Below, in pieces: positions 11,101 to 24,687 of a stretch of 64,000 nucleotides of DNA (positions are counted from its first letter, which is position 1; each line of letters opens with the position of its first letter). The position numbers and the translations under genes were made by a program. The stretch is taken from NCBI GenBank assembly GCA_051362555.1, contig CM120642.1, positions 8,060,001-8,124,000 of the forward strand. The letters run 5' to 3'. This DNA comes from Lingula anatina. Taxonomy: Eukaryota > Animalia > Brachiopoda. The notes below the pieces were generated by a model that saw nothing but the letters and a program-made list of their open reading frames with translations, was not told where the DNA came from and ran no database searches.

Positions 11101-14100
11101 AATGGTCAGATAATGAAATTTATTTCTGAAGAATTCAACTTTAAATCATTATTTTTTCATTAAATATCTAATTTTGCAATTTTCTTAGTGCCTTGTACCA
11201 AATTAGTGATAATTTCTTAAGTAAACCTAAACCAACAACAAGAATTACAGTTCATTTTTCTTTAAGAAAAGAAAATGGAAATGATCACTCTGACAGCCAT
11301 GGCAGACTGAATGACCTTAAAATTGAACTTCTCTCCAATATTAAGTTATCACATTCCCACTTCATTCTTTATGAAAGAAATAACATTGCACAGCAAAAGG
11401 AGGAACAAATTTAATTCCAAGATGTATTGGTGCACTACTGTGTCAGTTTTTGGTATGTCAGTACTGATGACCTCCAAAGAAGTTTTTTAAAAAGTGCATA
11501 CTGAAAGACACTTCTGATATTGCCACTTGAGGCTGTTTGAAACTGAAAGGGATTTGATGGACTTGCTACAGTATGTATGTAAAAACAATACACCATTTGT
11601 ATGGAGGTAAATTGTGTTTATGTTACAAGTTTGTCCTGAAATGAACTTCTGTTACTCATCTTCCATCATTTGATTGTGAAAGATATTGCAAAATTAACTC
11701 TGATAAAGATGTGCTAAGATGAAGAACAATACAGCATAACTACTATTGTTACAGTTATTGTAAATTGTGTTTAGCTTTAATTTTCTCTGTTGTGGCTTCA
11801 TTGCTTGGACTCTCTTTTCTCTAGATGACTAACCAATCCCTTGTTTTCCATAAAGTCATGAAGAGAAAATAATTCACCAACTTGGCAATATGATTAGCAA
11901 CTTGGCCTTCCCTTGTGCAAACCTTTATGAAGATAAATGGCCAAAGGCCCATCAAAAACCTGCAAGTTGTTTAAAGCTGATAATGAAATAAAAAAATCTC
12001 TGATTGTAGTTGGTGTAATCTAATAAAGAGGTATTGGGAAATTATTGGTAGGTGTGATTGATTGCCCAGAAGGTTTCACTGGTGTTGTGTATCAAAGTTC
12101 AATATATATGTGCATTCAGTCATTTTAGGGACTGGCTTTGGTCTAAACGATGTCAGAAATTAAAGATTGTCATATGATGATGTTATTAACACCTAGGACA
12201 GGTCAGTTCTGGTTGAAATAAGTTTTGCTCTCTTAAAAAAGAGAATAAAGGAAACTACTAGTAATCCATACATATGGCGGTCAGTGTGCATTTCATTCAA
12301 CCATCAATAATTATTACTCTACATGCTAAGGAAAATTATTGAAAAAAAAAGTAAATCCCTAAATCCCAGACCACCAGGGGTTTTCTGTTGAAACTCTTTT
12401 TAACTCGTTACTTATCCTGTTTGACAAGAATATAGTAGTCCAGTGAACCGTACCAAGTACGCCATGTTTTCTGGTCCCGGTAGACCTCATCAATTTGCAT
12501 ACATTCATTGAGTAAACATTATTCGGTTAGATCTGATGAAAAAGCCACTTTAATGTGCTTTGAAATCTCGTGGGTGTGACTCTGATTGACTGTATAATGC
12601 CGAGAACAAAATGGCTACATAAATGGGTTTTGATTTTTATTGACTGCTAAAAGTTCAAGTAGAACTCTGGGAAACTGGACATATGTTGATTGTTTCCTTG
12701 GCTTGTGATGAGAGTAATAGCAATAGCTCACAAGCCTTTGGTGTAACTAAATGTAATGGAGATGACAGAAACTTCCGTCAGAGAATTGACTAAATACCTG
12801 GTATAGAAACCAAAATGTTCTCCATTCATATTACACAGCTTATGGTATTACCAAAAATTATTTTAATTTAACACATGCTTACTAGCATACTTAAAAAGAA
12901 AATAATAACAATAAATGATTTTAATGAGCACTTTATAATTTATTTATAATAGTATTAATTCTTTCAGAAAAAAAATTATTGAAGGGATAAAACTTCATTT
13001 TTCAGTGTTATAATTTGATTGTCCTCTCTAATGCTTTATCTTTTTAAAACTGGCACAGCTCAACAATTATGGAAACTTTAATAAATGAAATTTCACCTCC
13101 TCATGCAGAGACATTGATGTCCACACACACAAAGAGAGACGATATGGGCTTATATGAGTACGGTGGGTGTCCTCCTCTGCCTGAAAACCATTAAACTGTA
13201 ATTAATACCTGGGACATTAGTAGCCATTCCAGGCCTCCCCTATCTGATATTTAATTAATTTTGCCAGAAGCTATCTTTTAATGTGTCTCTGCAACTTGAA
13301 TGATGGCAAATGATCCGTTTGCTGCAGCAATATCTGAAGGAAGCAATGTGAAAGCTAATTTCTGTGCTGTTTTGATGCCAAACCTACGAATGATGATTCT
13401 TGCTATAGTTTTGAAACATAGGACTCCATTGATGGAAAAATTATGATATCAGCCACAAATTGAATATGTGTCCTAGGTTAAAGAGAAAACTACATTGTTG
13501 GTTATCTATCCTTTTCAGCTAGGAATAATGTATACCACTTTCACAGCAGAATTTTTCTGAGTGCTTTTAGCTAATTGATGGTTTCACGGCCTGTAGGTAA
13601 ATTATTGCTTTAACACCTATCTTTACTATAGATGATTCAACACTGACATTGATTGATTGAGTTACATTATGACTGATATTATTGTCCCAGATCTGGATCT
13701 TGTGCTCTCAGTTTCAGGTGTGATAAAGCATACACCCTACCTGATTAATATTGAAAGCAATAGATGGAAACATGTCATGTCATTCCATGGTGACTTATGT
13801 CTTCTCTTGTAGACAATTATAACTTAACATCTAAAACCATTTTTTCATCAATCTGAAAACTTAATAATTGAACTCTTTTAGGAGTTAGATCTGTCAATTT
13901 TAGACATCTAACCCATATGTATTCACATATTTCTAACTTCTCATTAGCAAAAAAATAAAATAAAAATAAATAAAAAATAAATAAAATAAAATAAAAAAAA
14001 ATCTGCCTTTTTAAAAATTCTGTATAAAGATTTGTCTAAGAACTGAGGCATGCATCCCACCTGTCCATATACCATATTTATCCTTTAATCATTACCTTTT

Positions 14101-16980
14101 CTTAGTTTGACTTGAACCATGCCAATTTTGTACCCTGCTGACAATGAAGTACTGAGTACAGCTTTCTTTTCTCCTTTCTTTCATGCATATTTTGTTTGTT
14201 TAATGTTAGAAATCAATCATAACAAATTTACCATGCCCACAAAAAAGGAAAACTGATTGCATTAGAGACAGTTCAATTGTCACTATATGAAATTGGCCAC
14301 AAGCAGGCAAGTTAACTGAGAATTAGACATGTGGTAAAAAGTATCCTGTTCGGAAGCATTTGTATTAAAAGGGTTATATATCACCTGTATCTAAATAGTA
14401 TTGAATAAGACAGAATAGAATATAGGTGAAACAACATATCTTTGTATCTTAAAATAGATTATTCTTATTGAAAATCAGTCTTAATAAATGATGGAGACTC
14501 AAATAGCGCTTCAGGTCATATGAAGAGATTCCTGTGTTATAAAAACTGGTCCAAAAAATGTTAAATTGATTAGTTAAATCAAAAAAATATTTTCCTCTGC
14601 ACATTTTATTGTTCATATCTCAGGGTTTGTGAAAAATAATGAAAAAAATTGAATAAGATAAATCATAAAAATAATCACACATCCCCACAACACAAGTATG
14701 ACATTTATAGGATTGCTTTTTATGCTGAACACTTAACTGGTGGTAACCTAATGTGCTTTCCTAATTCCACTGGCTTTGAGTTAAGTAGACATTTCCTACC
14801 TAAGCAACAATCGTTGTTCTCTCTGTGAAACAATGAATCATACATGATATAGCCATCAGTGAGGTAAATGATCTAACTGCTTTTGGAAATTAATGTTTTT
14901 CTGCAGTCCTGTTTCTTTAATGGCTTTTATATTAAAATATGTTATGATATATTTGGAAGGAACTAATTTTCGACATCACAAATCTTGCACTGTATAATGT
15001 TTTGTTTGCATTCTTTGATTTCACCAAAATAAACATAAAAATAATGTACAAAGAAGATTTGTTTGTTTGTTGTCTGCAGAAACATGTACATATCAATGAA
15101 AAATTAGCAGATCAACTGTTATATCTACTGATTCATGCATATATACATAAAATAATATTTTTTTGTTTTGTTTTTCTATATTGTATTTCAATGACATCAA
15201 TGGCCAACTTTTTATAGTTATGAACAGTTATGATTGGCGATTACCTATTGAGTATTTCAATGCTAGCAGAGCACTTGAGAAAACTAGTGACATCACACAC
15301 TGTAAGTCTCAGGAATTCATACAGATTAGATGGGACTTGTAGGTGTCACCTCCATTAATTAAATAAAAACAGATTTGGCTTTTTGTGACATGCAAAAAGA
15401 TAATTACTGTCCAGTTTTGTACTTTAAAAACGTTGTACTGTGATATATTGAACAGAATTAAAGCTTGATGAAAACAAGTGAAGCTAAAAATCACTTAAGC
15501 AGAGGTGTAATATCTGTGTGCACTGCGATATTATTCAAGTTTCAAGCCTTGATATCAAAACCCTTTTCATTGGAGGTTTTATATCCTTTTTCTTTCAAGG
15601 TATCCCAGTGTTTCCAGTATGAATTTTCTAATACATTTTCAATGTTTTTCTAATTTCATATTTTTCATTTTTTTCCCCTTTGTCCTCTTTTCTACCCAAA
15701 TAAAACAGAATTCAGATTATCCAACTCTAGGCAGTATTCTAAACATTTTCAACTTGGACTCCATTTATGTAATTGACATTTTACTATTATGATAAATTAC
15801 CAATCATCACATTTTGAGAACTAAATTGTGGGTAACCCTGAGCATGTATTGAGCCCTGTACAGGAAGGTTTACCTCTGGGGTATGATTCAGCAGCAGCAT
15901 CAAGATGTCACACTGGGTCAATGATTGATGCTCGCCAAGGACAATTAATATTATTGATTTTGTCTACCTTTTCTGAAATACTCACCTGGTCGCAGGCTGT
16001 GAGGTGTTTTATTGTTTGCATAGCAATACTATTAAGTGATTCTCAAAGTGGTCTTGATAAGAAAAAACTTGTCCAGAAAGCTGAGACAATTGAATGGTTT
16101 GAAGCTGTTTGCCTGTAAAAATATCATTTTAGTTATTTCTGGCAGTGAAAATAAAAGAAAGATAAAATCCTCAATGTTGTCACTTAACTGCTAATATGAT
16201 GCTATATTATTGAATGTTTGGAATGTTGTCTCCAATGCGAAAAAGCAACACACATACCCTTACAAATTACTATACTTCAATGCATCTACCAACTTTTGCA
16301 CCTGCCAAACTAATTAAATGTCTTATTTTAGTAATTTACATTTTCAGTGATATCTTTCTTTCAATTTATAATAGTACTGTAGTACCTTAAGGCAAGTTAT
16401 CTGTAAGATGTTTCCACTTTGATTCTTTTTATAGCTTCTTAATTTTCTAATTAGGGTTTAATGCTATGCTCAGTTAAAAGTTGACATCAATTACAAGTGA
16501 CAAAATGAAACTTGCAACGATTAACCTTTGCCAAGTGGCTATAATATTCTACTTAGCACCTCATTTGAATTGCATGTATGACTGCTGTGTCTTATTCTTT
16601 GTGAATGAGAAACACAGTTTATTTCAAGTCTGAAGATTTTTTTCTAGCTGTTAAACAACACATAATATTGTTAAACAATACGTAATAAAGGTAGTGTTTC
16701 AATTTCAGGAGCATTTCTTACCAACTGCTAAACAATGCATAATAACACACAAATTTTACCCTCTAACTAGAGGGAAAACAAGCAGCTACACTATATCCCT
16801 GACATACATTTGATACAAAATATCCTGAAATTTTATGTAATCTTATATGCACGTCTATAGTTATACACTATCCTGCTATTTAATTATTACAAGTAATTTT
16901 GCCTTGCGTAACCATTTGATAAATAACAGCATTGTGTTCAACAATTGCAATTTTAGGAAAGAAAGTTGTGGTTCAGGATA

Positions 16981-16982
<2 letters not shown>

Positions 16983-17028
<46 letters not shown>
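16983..17028. repeat. (ATT)n microsatellite
   Basis: Direct reading. Confidence 0.95.
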
Positions 17029-18136
17029 CTTGCTTGATGATATGTTGACATTAAGCCCCCCCCCCCCCCCAAAAAAAAAAAAAAAAAAGAAAAAAAAGTA
17101 ATAATAATTTTTCTACATGTTTGCTTGTCAATGCCATGTAGTTTGACTGACTTGGTGGATTTTATATAGCCAGCATGTGACATCCCACTTAATAACTACA
17201 TGCCACCCCAGTCACCCCTCCTCTCCAACACATCCCTAAAGACTAGCTCAACTGCATGCATGTACTGTACAGGTGCACAGTCTCCAGTGATGTGACAAAG
17301 ACAGACACATGACATCAGTCTTATGTCACTTTTGCCTGATGAGATATAATTAAAGTGACTGCGGGTTTACCTGGCGGAGTTCAAAAGACACATTGTCTGT
17401 AGTCACAGACATGACATGTGTTCAGGCAGACAATGTTACTCTTCATGCAGAATATTAGCAGCATCCCCATCAGAAGTTATGATATCAAGACCCAAAAGGT
17501 TATGATCAAGATCAAACCTTAATGGTAAGCAATATCAGGAAATGGAATAAATGTGAAATTGCTCACCCCTGGCAGTTTAAGATGATTTTGAAAGAGAGAG
17601 AGGGTGGCACAGGAACAGGAAGACCCCCCCCCCCCCCCAATTAACTTGCTTATGTTGACTGTAGGTGTGCAAAATTATTTCTTTCTGTGGCTGAGACACT
17701 GCTCTCTCTCTCTCCCCCCCCCCCCCCTCCAGATGCAACTCTATCCAGTGTTGGCAAAACAATTAACTATATGACTGCATTCCTAATAAAATGTCTTTTC
17801 TCCAATGTTATTTTCATTGAGGTAAATTAATTCCCTTCGGAATATGTTCAAGACCAAGTGACTGTTTTTCACTTGGAAATATAAATATACTGTTATGATC
17901 TTACAGTAATTTCATGGCTAATTGAGTGAGCTAATGTCTAATAACTGGAGACATTTCTGAGTATATGATGATGAATTTGTGAGGGTTAGGGGTTTTTAAG
18001 TAATGATGTTATCAATTAATAGCTGTGTCCAAAATTGAGTAGTAGATGCAGACAAATTAAATATTACTTAATTGGTAATAGTATTTGGGTCTTGAACTGA
18101 ATGCAAATAATGTCACTCTTTTCTTCACTCCTTTTT

Positions 18137-18143
18137 TCTCTCT

Positions 18144-18226
<83 letters not shown>
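18137..18226. repeat. Compound (TC)n(AC)n microsatellite
   Basis: Direct reading. Confidence 0.95.
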
Positions 18227-18228
<2 letters not shown>

Positions 18229-21200
18229 TTTTCCCTAATTCTCTCATACGCATTTACATGCCTATCTTATCTTCTATGAAAACACATTCAATTTGAGCCT
18301 TTTAGCTTAGTACCTTGTTTTCTAGGTGAATTGCTTTAAGAAGCACTAGAGACAGTTTACACTGAGCAAATTCAACATGATGTAATAGGCTAGTACATCA
18401 CTCTTGAATAATATTTTCCTTCTCTTATAATGTGTAAATGCATTAAGTTTAAAGTGATGTGATCAAAAATCCCCCTTTTGTACACACAAGTGATAGGATG
18501 CTTTAAATGTCTCAAATGCCATTTTCTCATTTATTGTCCTGGTTCAGTTTCAAATCCAAGCAGAAACTTTTTGCGGGGATCCCAGCTTGGTTAAAAAAGG
18601 ACTGCACTTCATTAAGCACAAGTTGTACAGGCTTTTAGTGTGGATTTCCACTTCATTAGGTAAACATTGTGGTGGTGCTTTACAGAGTTCTTAATTTCAT
18701 GTGCTAATAGAGTAGAGCCCTGGAAGACATTACTACTACATGGTATGCAATATCAATACGGGTTATATCCAGTTCTTTGACAGATTTTTAGCTTCAAGGA
18801 ATAGATTGATTTTTTCACTATTGTTGAACATCCATCTGGAGTGCTTTGTAACTGGACCCCCTTTTTTCTAGTAGCCAATTAGAATGAGCACTAAAAATAT
18901 ATTTTGTTTTATGAGGGAAGTATTAAGTTAGTTATAGCTTCAATATTCTGTTTCTGATATTGGTATAACGGTTCTTTACAAATGAAGTGTTTTGTCAAAA
19001 ATGAAAATACAATGAAATATATTCTAAAACAGAAAATGTATGGGACTATCAAAAAAATTCTTATATTGAAAGCAACATATAACTCATTAGAAATGCTTTT
19101 CTATTCTTGTTTACTGATTTAGGTGCTGAGATCATCAAAAATATCACTTACAAAGACCAAGATCACAAAAATATTTTCAAATTTATCTTAAAATTCAAAG
19201 GTATGTTCTCCATGAATCAAACAAAAGTAAGGATTACATATGGGAAGTGTAAGGTACTTTTTGTCCTTATTGTTGAATTTTTTGCTTAATAGGTAATAAC
19301 TGCTGCAGTGTCACAGGTATCCGTATATGTTGCTATACAAAGAAAAAAGCATGGATAAAACAAAATACAAGGACTACATATCCATACACCATTCAGATAT
19401 TGCTAATACTAAAATACGAAGTTTCAGGAAATTTTAAAGGGATTACTTTCTCAAAGATAAAATTACAGCATCATTTTACTTTTACCGATCTATGAAATGA
19501 AAGCTGATCTCTACCAACTTAAAATCTGATTCTTGACAAAGATCAGGCAAATGTTAAGTGACAAGATTTTTTCAAATTCGAAAATGAAAGTCAAGCACCC
19601 TGTAACTTTTGCATATTTGCACTTTCTATACTGAAGCCATGTGTAAAATTGGGCAGGTTATTTTTACTTCTGTGTTCCCTTAAAATACACTTCCAAGCAT
19701 GGCAGTTTGCCCCTGTGCTATATTTTACAGGGCTGTCAACAAATATTACAATCCTCTGGTAAACAGAACCATATTCCATTTTCTCCCAGTAGGATCCAAA
19801 TTTTTAAAAAATCCTGGAAATAGTGTTCTTTGTTTCCTTTTGCATGGGTGTGCCTAATTTGCATACATTAAAATGGATGTGTTTTAAAAAAAGAATTTCA
19901 GTTGAGAAATATGAGTACAGCAGGTTAACAGGTTATTGGTAGTCTTCTAAAAGAACACATATTGTTCCTACTCTAAAAATCTGCATGGTCTAATAATTAT
20001 AAGTACATATCCAAGATGTAAGCTGAAGAGCCAGAAAAAAATTTAAAGTGCCTTACTTGTATGTTTTTGAAATGGGTTGGAATTGACATCTGACAAGCTG
20101 ATTGAGCTAATTACCAAGGCAACATGCAGAGCTTTTCCTCATTGCATTGATTGTATTATTAAAAACCTGCTGGATTGGAGACTTAAGGAAATTGCTGTTG
20201 AATTGAGAAGTAATTTTTATGTCTCTGATGAACACAAGCATGCATTCACACGAACATGCTTCAAGACATACTAGTGCAAATCTTAACCTTTCAACTTTAT
20301 TTCTAAGGATCTACAAAATTTTCACCAGGACGTTTTTGATCTTCTCTAGAATCTTATGTGAAATTGCTGCATTCTTTCCCCAAGTTAAATGTGTTTCAAG
20401 TAGATCCACAGTCAGGGATACAAGTACTAGTAACATAAGAGGGAAAATATCAAGTTTGTTTTCTTTAATCAGATACTTTGGAAATAGAACTTATGACCCT
20501 TGAATGCAGGAGTCAGACAAGCTAGTGGAAAAAAAAGAAACAAATCTGGAACCATTTTAGGTATGGCGCTTTGAAGCTGTACCCTCATATGTTTTGAGTA
20601 CAAGTAAGCAGATGATCAGAAGATTTTATATGGGGGTGGGAGGAGGGGCTGCTACCCTGAGTTTCAGATCTGATATGTCCCAGCTTCTTGATGCTCAGTT
20701 CTTCTTTATGTCAAGGAAACACTGATCCAATAACTGCACAATCACTAGCAGTATGCAATTTTTTTTACAATAATGAATTTGGCAGGCACTGCTGTGAAAC
20801 TTGAGGTAGGTGTAGGTGCTTTTTAAAACTATCTTTTAATTGTTTTGTAGCTTCTGTGATTTAAATACATGTAGATGATGGAGCTAGATGAATGGTGTCA
20901 AGATGTACTGGTATTTAGTCAGTGTCAAATATCAGTAATATCTCCCTCAGTCTAAACTGAGCCAAACACTCCTATTTTCAAGGTCTCGCACAACATTACT
21001 TAATTCATTAACTCAACTACTAGTTATATGACACATGGTAGTTACATTTTGGTATGATTTCCTAGATATTTGCCCCTGCACCTGTGATCAGATTACCAGG
21101 AAATAACCTCATAAAAGTATACTTAGCTGGAGGGCACTGTAATAAAAAACTGATACAAATGCAAGTATGGTTTTAACAGCCAAGGCTTATCTTTGCTTTT

Positions 21201-23706
21201 TTATTGCGAGCAATTGTGAATTTTTTCTCCTCTGGCTAAGTACTAGTCTAAGAGTATTTATTGCTGCACCCTGACTTTCAGAATTATAATGGTGATTCTC
21301 TTTATCACAGTTTACAATGTCCATATCTGTCTCACTATCACTGGATCAATCCCTTAAATTCAGTTTTACCTAGCTGCATTTTTTTTTTTAAGTGAGTATG
21401 GTTAATTTATATATCACGGAATTTTCAATAGGCCAAATAGCAGCAAACATGGTACTTGTCAAACCTGCCCCTTGTGCTCCCCCTCCCCAAGGAGGTTTCT
21501 ACCACCACCAACCCTATTCCTAGAAAGATATATATATGTCTTTGTTTTGTCACTTATTTACCTCTAGCAACAGGACAACATTTGTTGATTCAGAAAAATA
21601 TCCATTTGCCTTAACCTAACTGTTATATAGACATCAAAGCATACACAACATGAAGTAGGAATCATTACTATGACTATGAAACAAAGGGTTCAAGTATACG
21701 CAGGGAAACTAAATAGAAGACACGCCTTCACCTAAATGGAAGACATACTTAACTGGCTAAAACTTGTAGGGCTTCAATCCAGGATCTATGGGAAGACTGT
21801 AAAAGTAAGCTGTTTCTACAACATTTACCTTGGTCCACCTGATATTCTTAGCAGGTAGGCTTCAAGTAAGGGTTAAGTAGTTTTAAAAATTTATTTTTTC
21901 CATAGGTGGCAAGTAACCGTATCATGCAGGATATATGCAAAGAAAAAAAGATACTTAGTCTAAATGTGTTCATTCTTTTACATTACATTCTACTTGCTCC
22001 CACAGTCATACATGTATATCAACTTTAAGGATTCAACTGGGTCTTGAAAAAATTAGTTTCAAGCTCTTTTTGACATTTTGATTAGGATTAGCACGCTTCA
22101 GAAAATTCCCACCAGCTACGAAAAAAAATCTTATTAAATTCTCACCCTTTGAGGAAAGTTTATTTCATTATATCACCTGCTCCTTTGAAGATTTTTTTCC
22201 AGGGGCGGTGATTTCTGACAACTGACAGGATTATGGTGCTGTTTATCCCCCCTGGGATGTGAAGGCATCTAAAATGGGTGGAGCCACTGGATGGCACCCT
22301 GCCTAACAACCTGCCTAATATCACTTTTTTTCTACTTTTTAAATAATTGTTTTTCTATCCCTTTAAATATTTTTTTATATATGTGATGGTTTTGATGCTT
22401 ATTGTCCTGAGGTGTGCATGGTGGAAATGAATTTGTTATTTGGGCCTATCTTATTGTATTTTTATTTATCAAAAAAAGGGGCAAATATAGATGTGATTAT
22501 TTGACAGCATACTGCCTGATTGTGGGATTATTCATTTCATTCCAATTTCTGTCTTATTTTGATTTTTTTTCACCTCTTTTTTTTCAGTGAATAGATGCAT
22601 GCTTTTGTTTGGTGCCATATAGGAGTGTTTATTGGGTAGAATGCTACCAGGCAACGGTTAACTTGGCTATTTTTTTCTTATTTTTTATAATCTTTTCTGT
22701 CTAGTTTTGAATATTTTGATGTGATTCCAGCTGTGGCTACATGCTCTGAAATTGTGACTGTAGACGGAGATGGATTTTTTCCCTCACACCAAAAAAAGTT
22801 TTAGATATTCACATTTAAAATATGTAGTGTTGTAAGTATAAGGTTGCCATGGATATTGGACACAATAGTTAGTTTTTACATCAGTTCTTTTTCAATTTCA
22901 TGTCAGTTATATTTAATCCATCAAGCTGTGTTATGCAGTATTTCAGGAATCTTGCTTTCGTTCAAAACTTTTGAGGTGATGTTTTAAATAAAAATGGGCA
23001 ACATGCAAAATACTCTAACTTTGCATAACTCAGGAATAGACTAAAAAGCACTCCTCTCTTCACACAAGTGCAAGATAAAATAGGTTAATAAAAATGTGGC
23101 AAACATAAATGGCTCAACACTAATAGCATTGCTGAGAAGACAAACTGGGGCTCCTGGCAAATAAAAAATGAACCAAGTAAAACTTTTGCTAGATTGACCA
23201 TAAGTTTTTCATTCCAATGAATTATGTTCAACAATGTTCAATATCAGAGATGATATCTAACATACAGCACCAAAATTAGGGTCCAGATAAGTTTTCCTTA
23301 AAAATAATAAAAAGCAAAAGGAAGCAGGGAATCAGTCTTCTGTAACACACCAAAAATGATAGAATTCAAATAAGCAGTTTAACAATAAAAAAACGGCAGC
23401 ATTGAATATGTATATGGCAGCACAACCAACAACAGCAACATCTGAGATTAACTGCTTCATCTGAAACTATGTACCTATGGGAACAAAAACAATAAGAGAA
23501 ATAGCAAATTTTCAAATCATGTGATGCAATTTGTGGGAGAATAGTTCTTGACAACATCTGTCACTAAGGAAGTAAATGACTGCTCTAAATCAAAATGCGA
23601 AATTTATGATACAAAGGCATTAAAAACAGCAACAACAATGATAGCAGTAACAACAGAAGAAGCAGATACAACAACAACAACAACAACAATGACAACACTG
23701 ACTTAC

Positions 23707-24687
23707 CTGCACCATCTTTTGTTGCAACGCACTTGAGCACTTGTTCAGTTACCGCACCATTGTTGGCCACACTGATGTATTTGAAACAGTAGCGTAACAT
23801 GGAAAAATGAAACAGATCACACTCAAATGTCACTGATCCCTTGTCTCTTCTCACCCTCCGCTCGGTAACATAAGTCAAACTGGTCGGAGAAGCAATAGAG
23901 CCAGAGGCAGCCTGTTCCTGGGCAAACATTCGCACCTTATCGTTATCACCAATGCATTGCGGATGGGAGTATGCAACCCCCATGGCGTTTCGGCAATATG
24001 GAAAGACACTGGAATATGGTATGAGGAGGGTGTACCGTTCACTCCATTCCACCTTCATACTGTTGGACTGAGCAATCAAAGTTTCTCCATTGTGGTTGGA
24101 TTTCAGCAGTGCTCTGTACTCGCCATCCAAGTCAATGAGCTTGCATGGCACTATTTTACTATTTGTGACCAGTCTGGTTAATTCCTTGATCTCAAACTTC
24201 TTCACTACTGAAGGCTCCTTCAGTACAGTTTTGTTGCTCAGCCTGCCATAGTGGACAACTTCAATCCAAAACTTACTTAATGGTTGCTGAGAATTGCAAC
24301 CAGCACCACTTGACCGAAATGATATGGCAATATTGGTTGTAAGAGCAGTATGGACACGTGGTAATAAAAAGTCAAAATTGGGCCATTGTGCATTCATGAT
24401 TTTGGTTGAGGAAAGTAATTCGCCATTTGGATGGGTGTACAACCGAAAGACATATTTACCAGCACTGTCAATTATCCCACATATAAAACTGATGGTTCCT
24501 TTTTTGGCGTCACCAGGCAAACTTTGGCGATAGACGTAAGTATAGGTGGCATTGTAGTAAGAGTAAAGCTCAATTACTCCACTTGGGAGATTCAGGTCTA
24601 GTGGCATTTCATAACGAACCTGTACATCTCCAGAGAAGACATAGTAAACGGCAGGTGCTGTGAGGTTAAAACGGTGATGGTGCTCAC
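23707..24687 (-). CDS. gogo: gogo/THSD1-like gene, exon 2 (GOGO-type extracellular region, 8 Cys)
   Basis: Acceptor tttttcag|GTGAGCAC and donor GCA G|GTAAGT; 981 nt open, phase 1-1. Translation has 8 Cys and the motif SPTSLTYVTERRV...FECDLF...YCFKYISVANNGAV...C, which I recognise as resembling the N-terminal region of insect Gogo / THSD1. Confidence 0.88.

Noticed and set aside
23585-23706. Poly-Leu C-terminus of the 385-aa ORF, resembling a TM helix
   Set aside because: Lies past the GTAAGT donor and derives from a (CAA/CAG)-type simple repeat in the intron. Intron read-through giving a short anchored isoform is not excluded but has no support.
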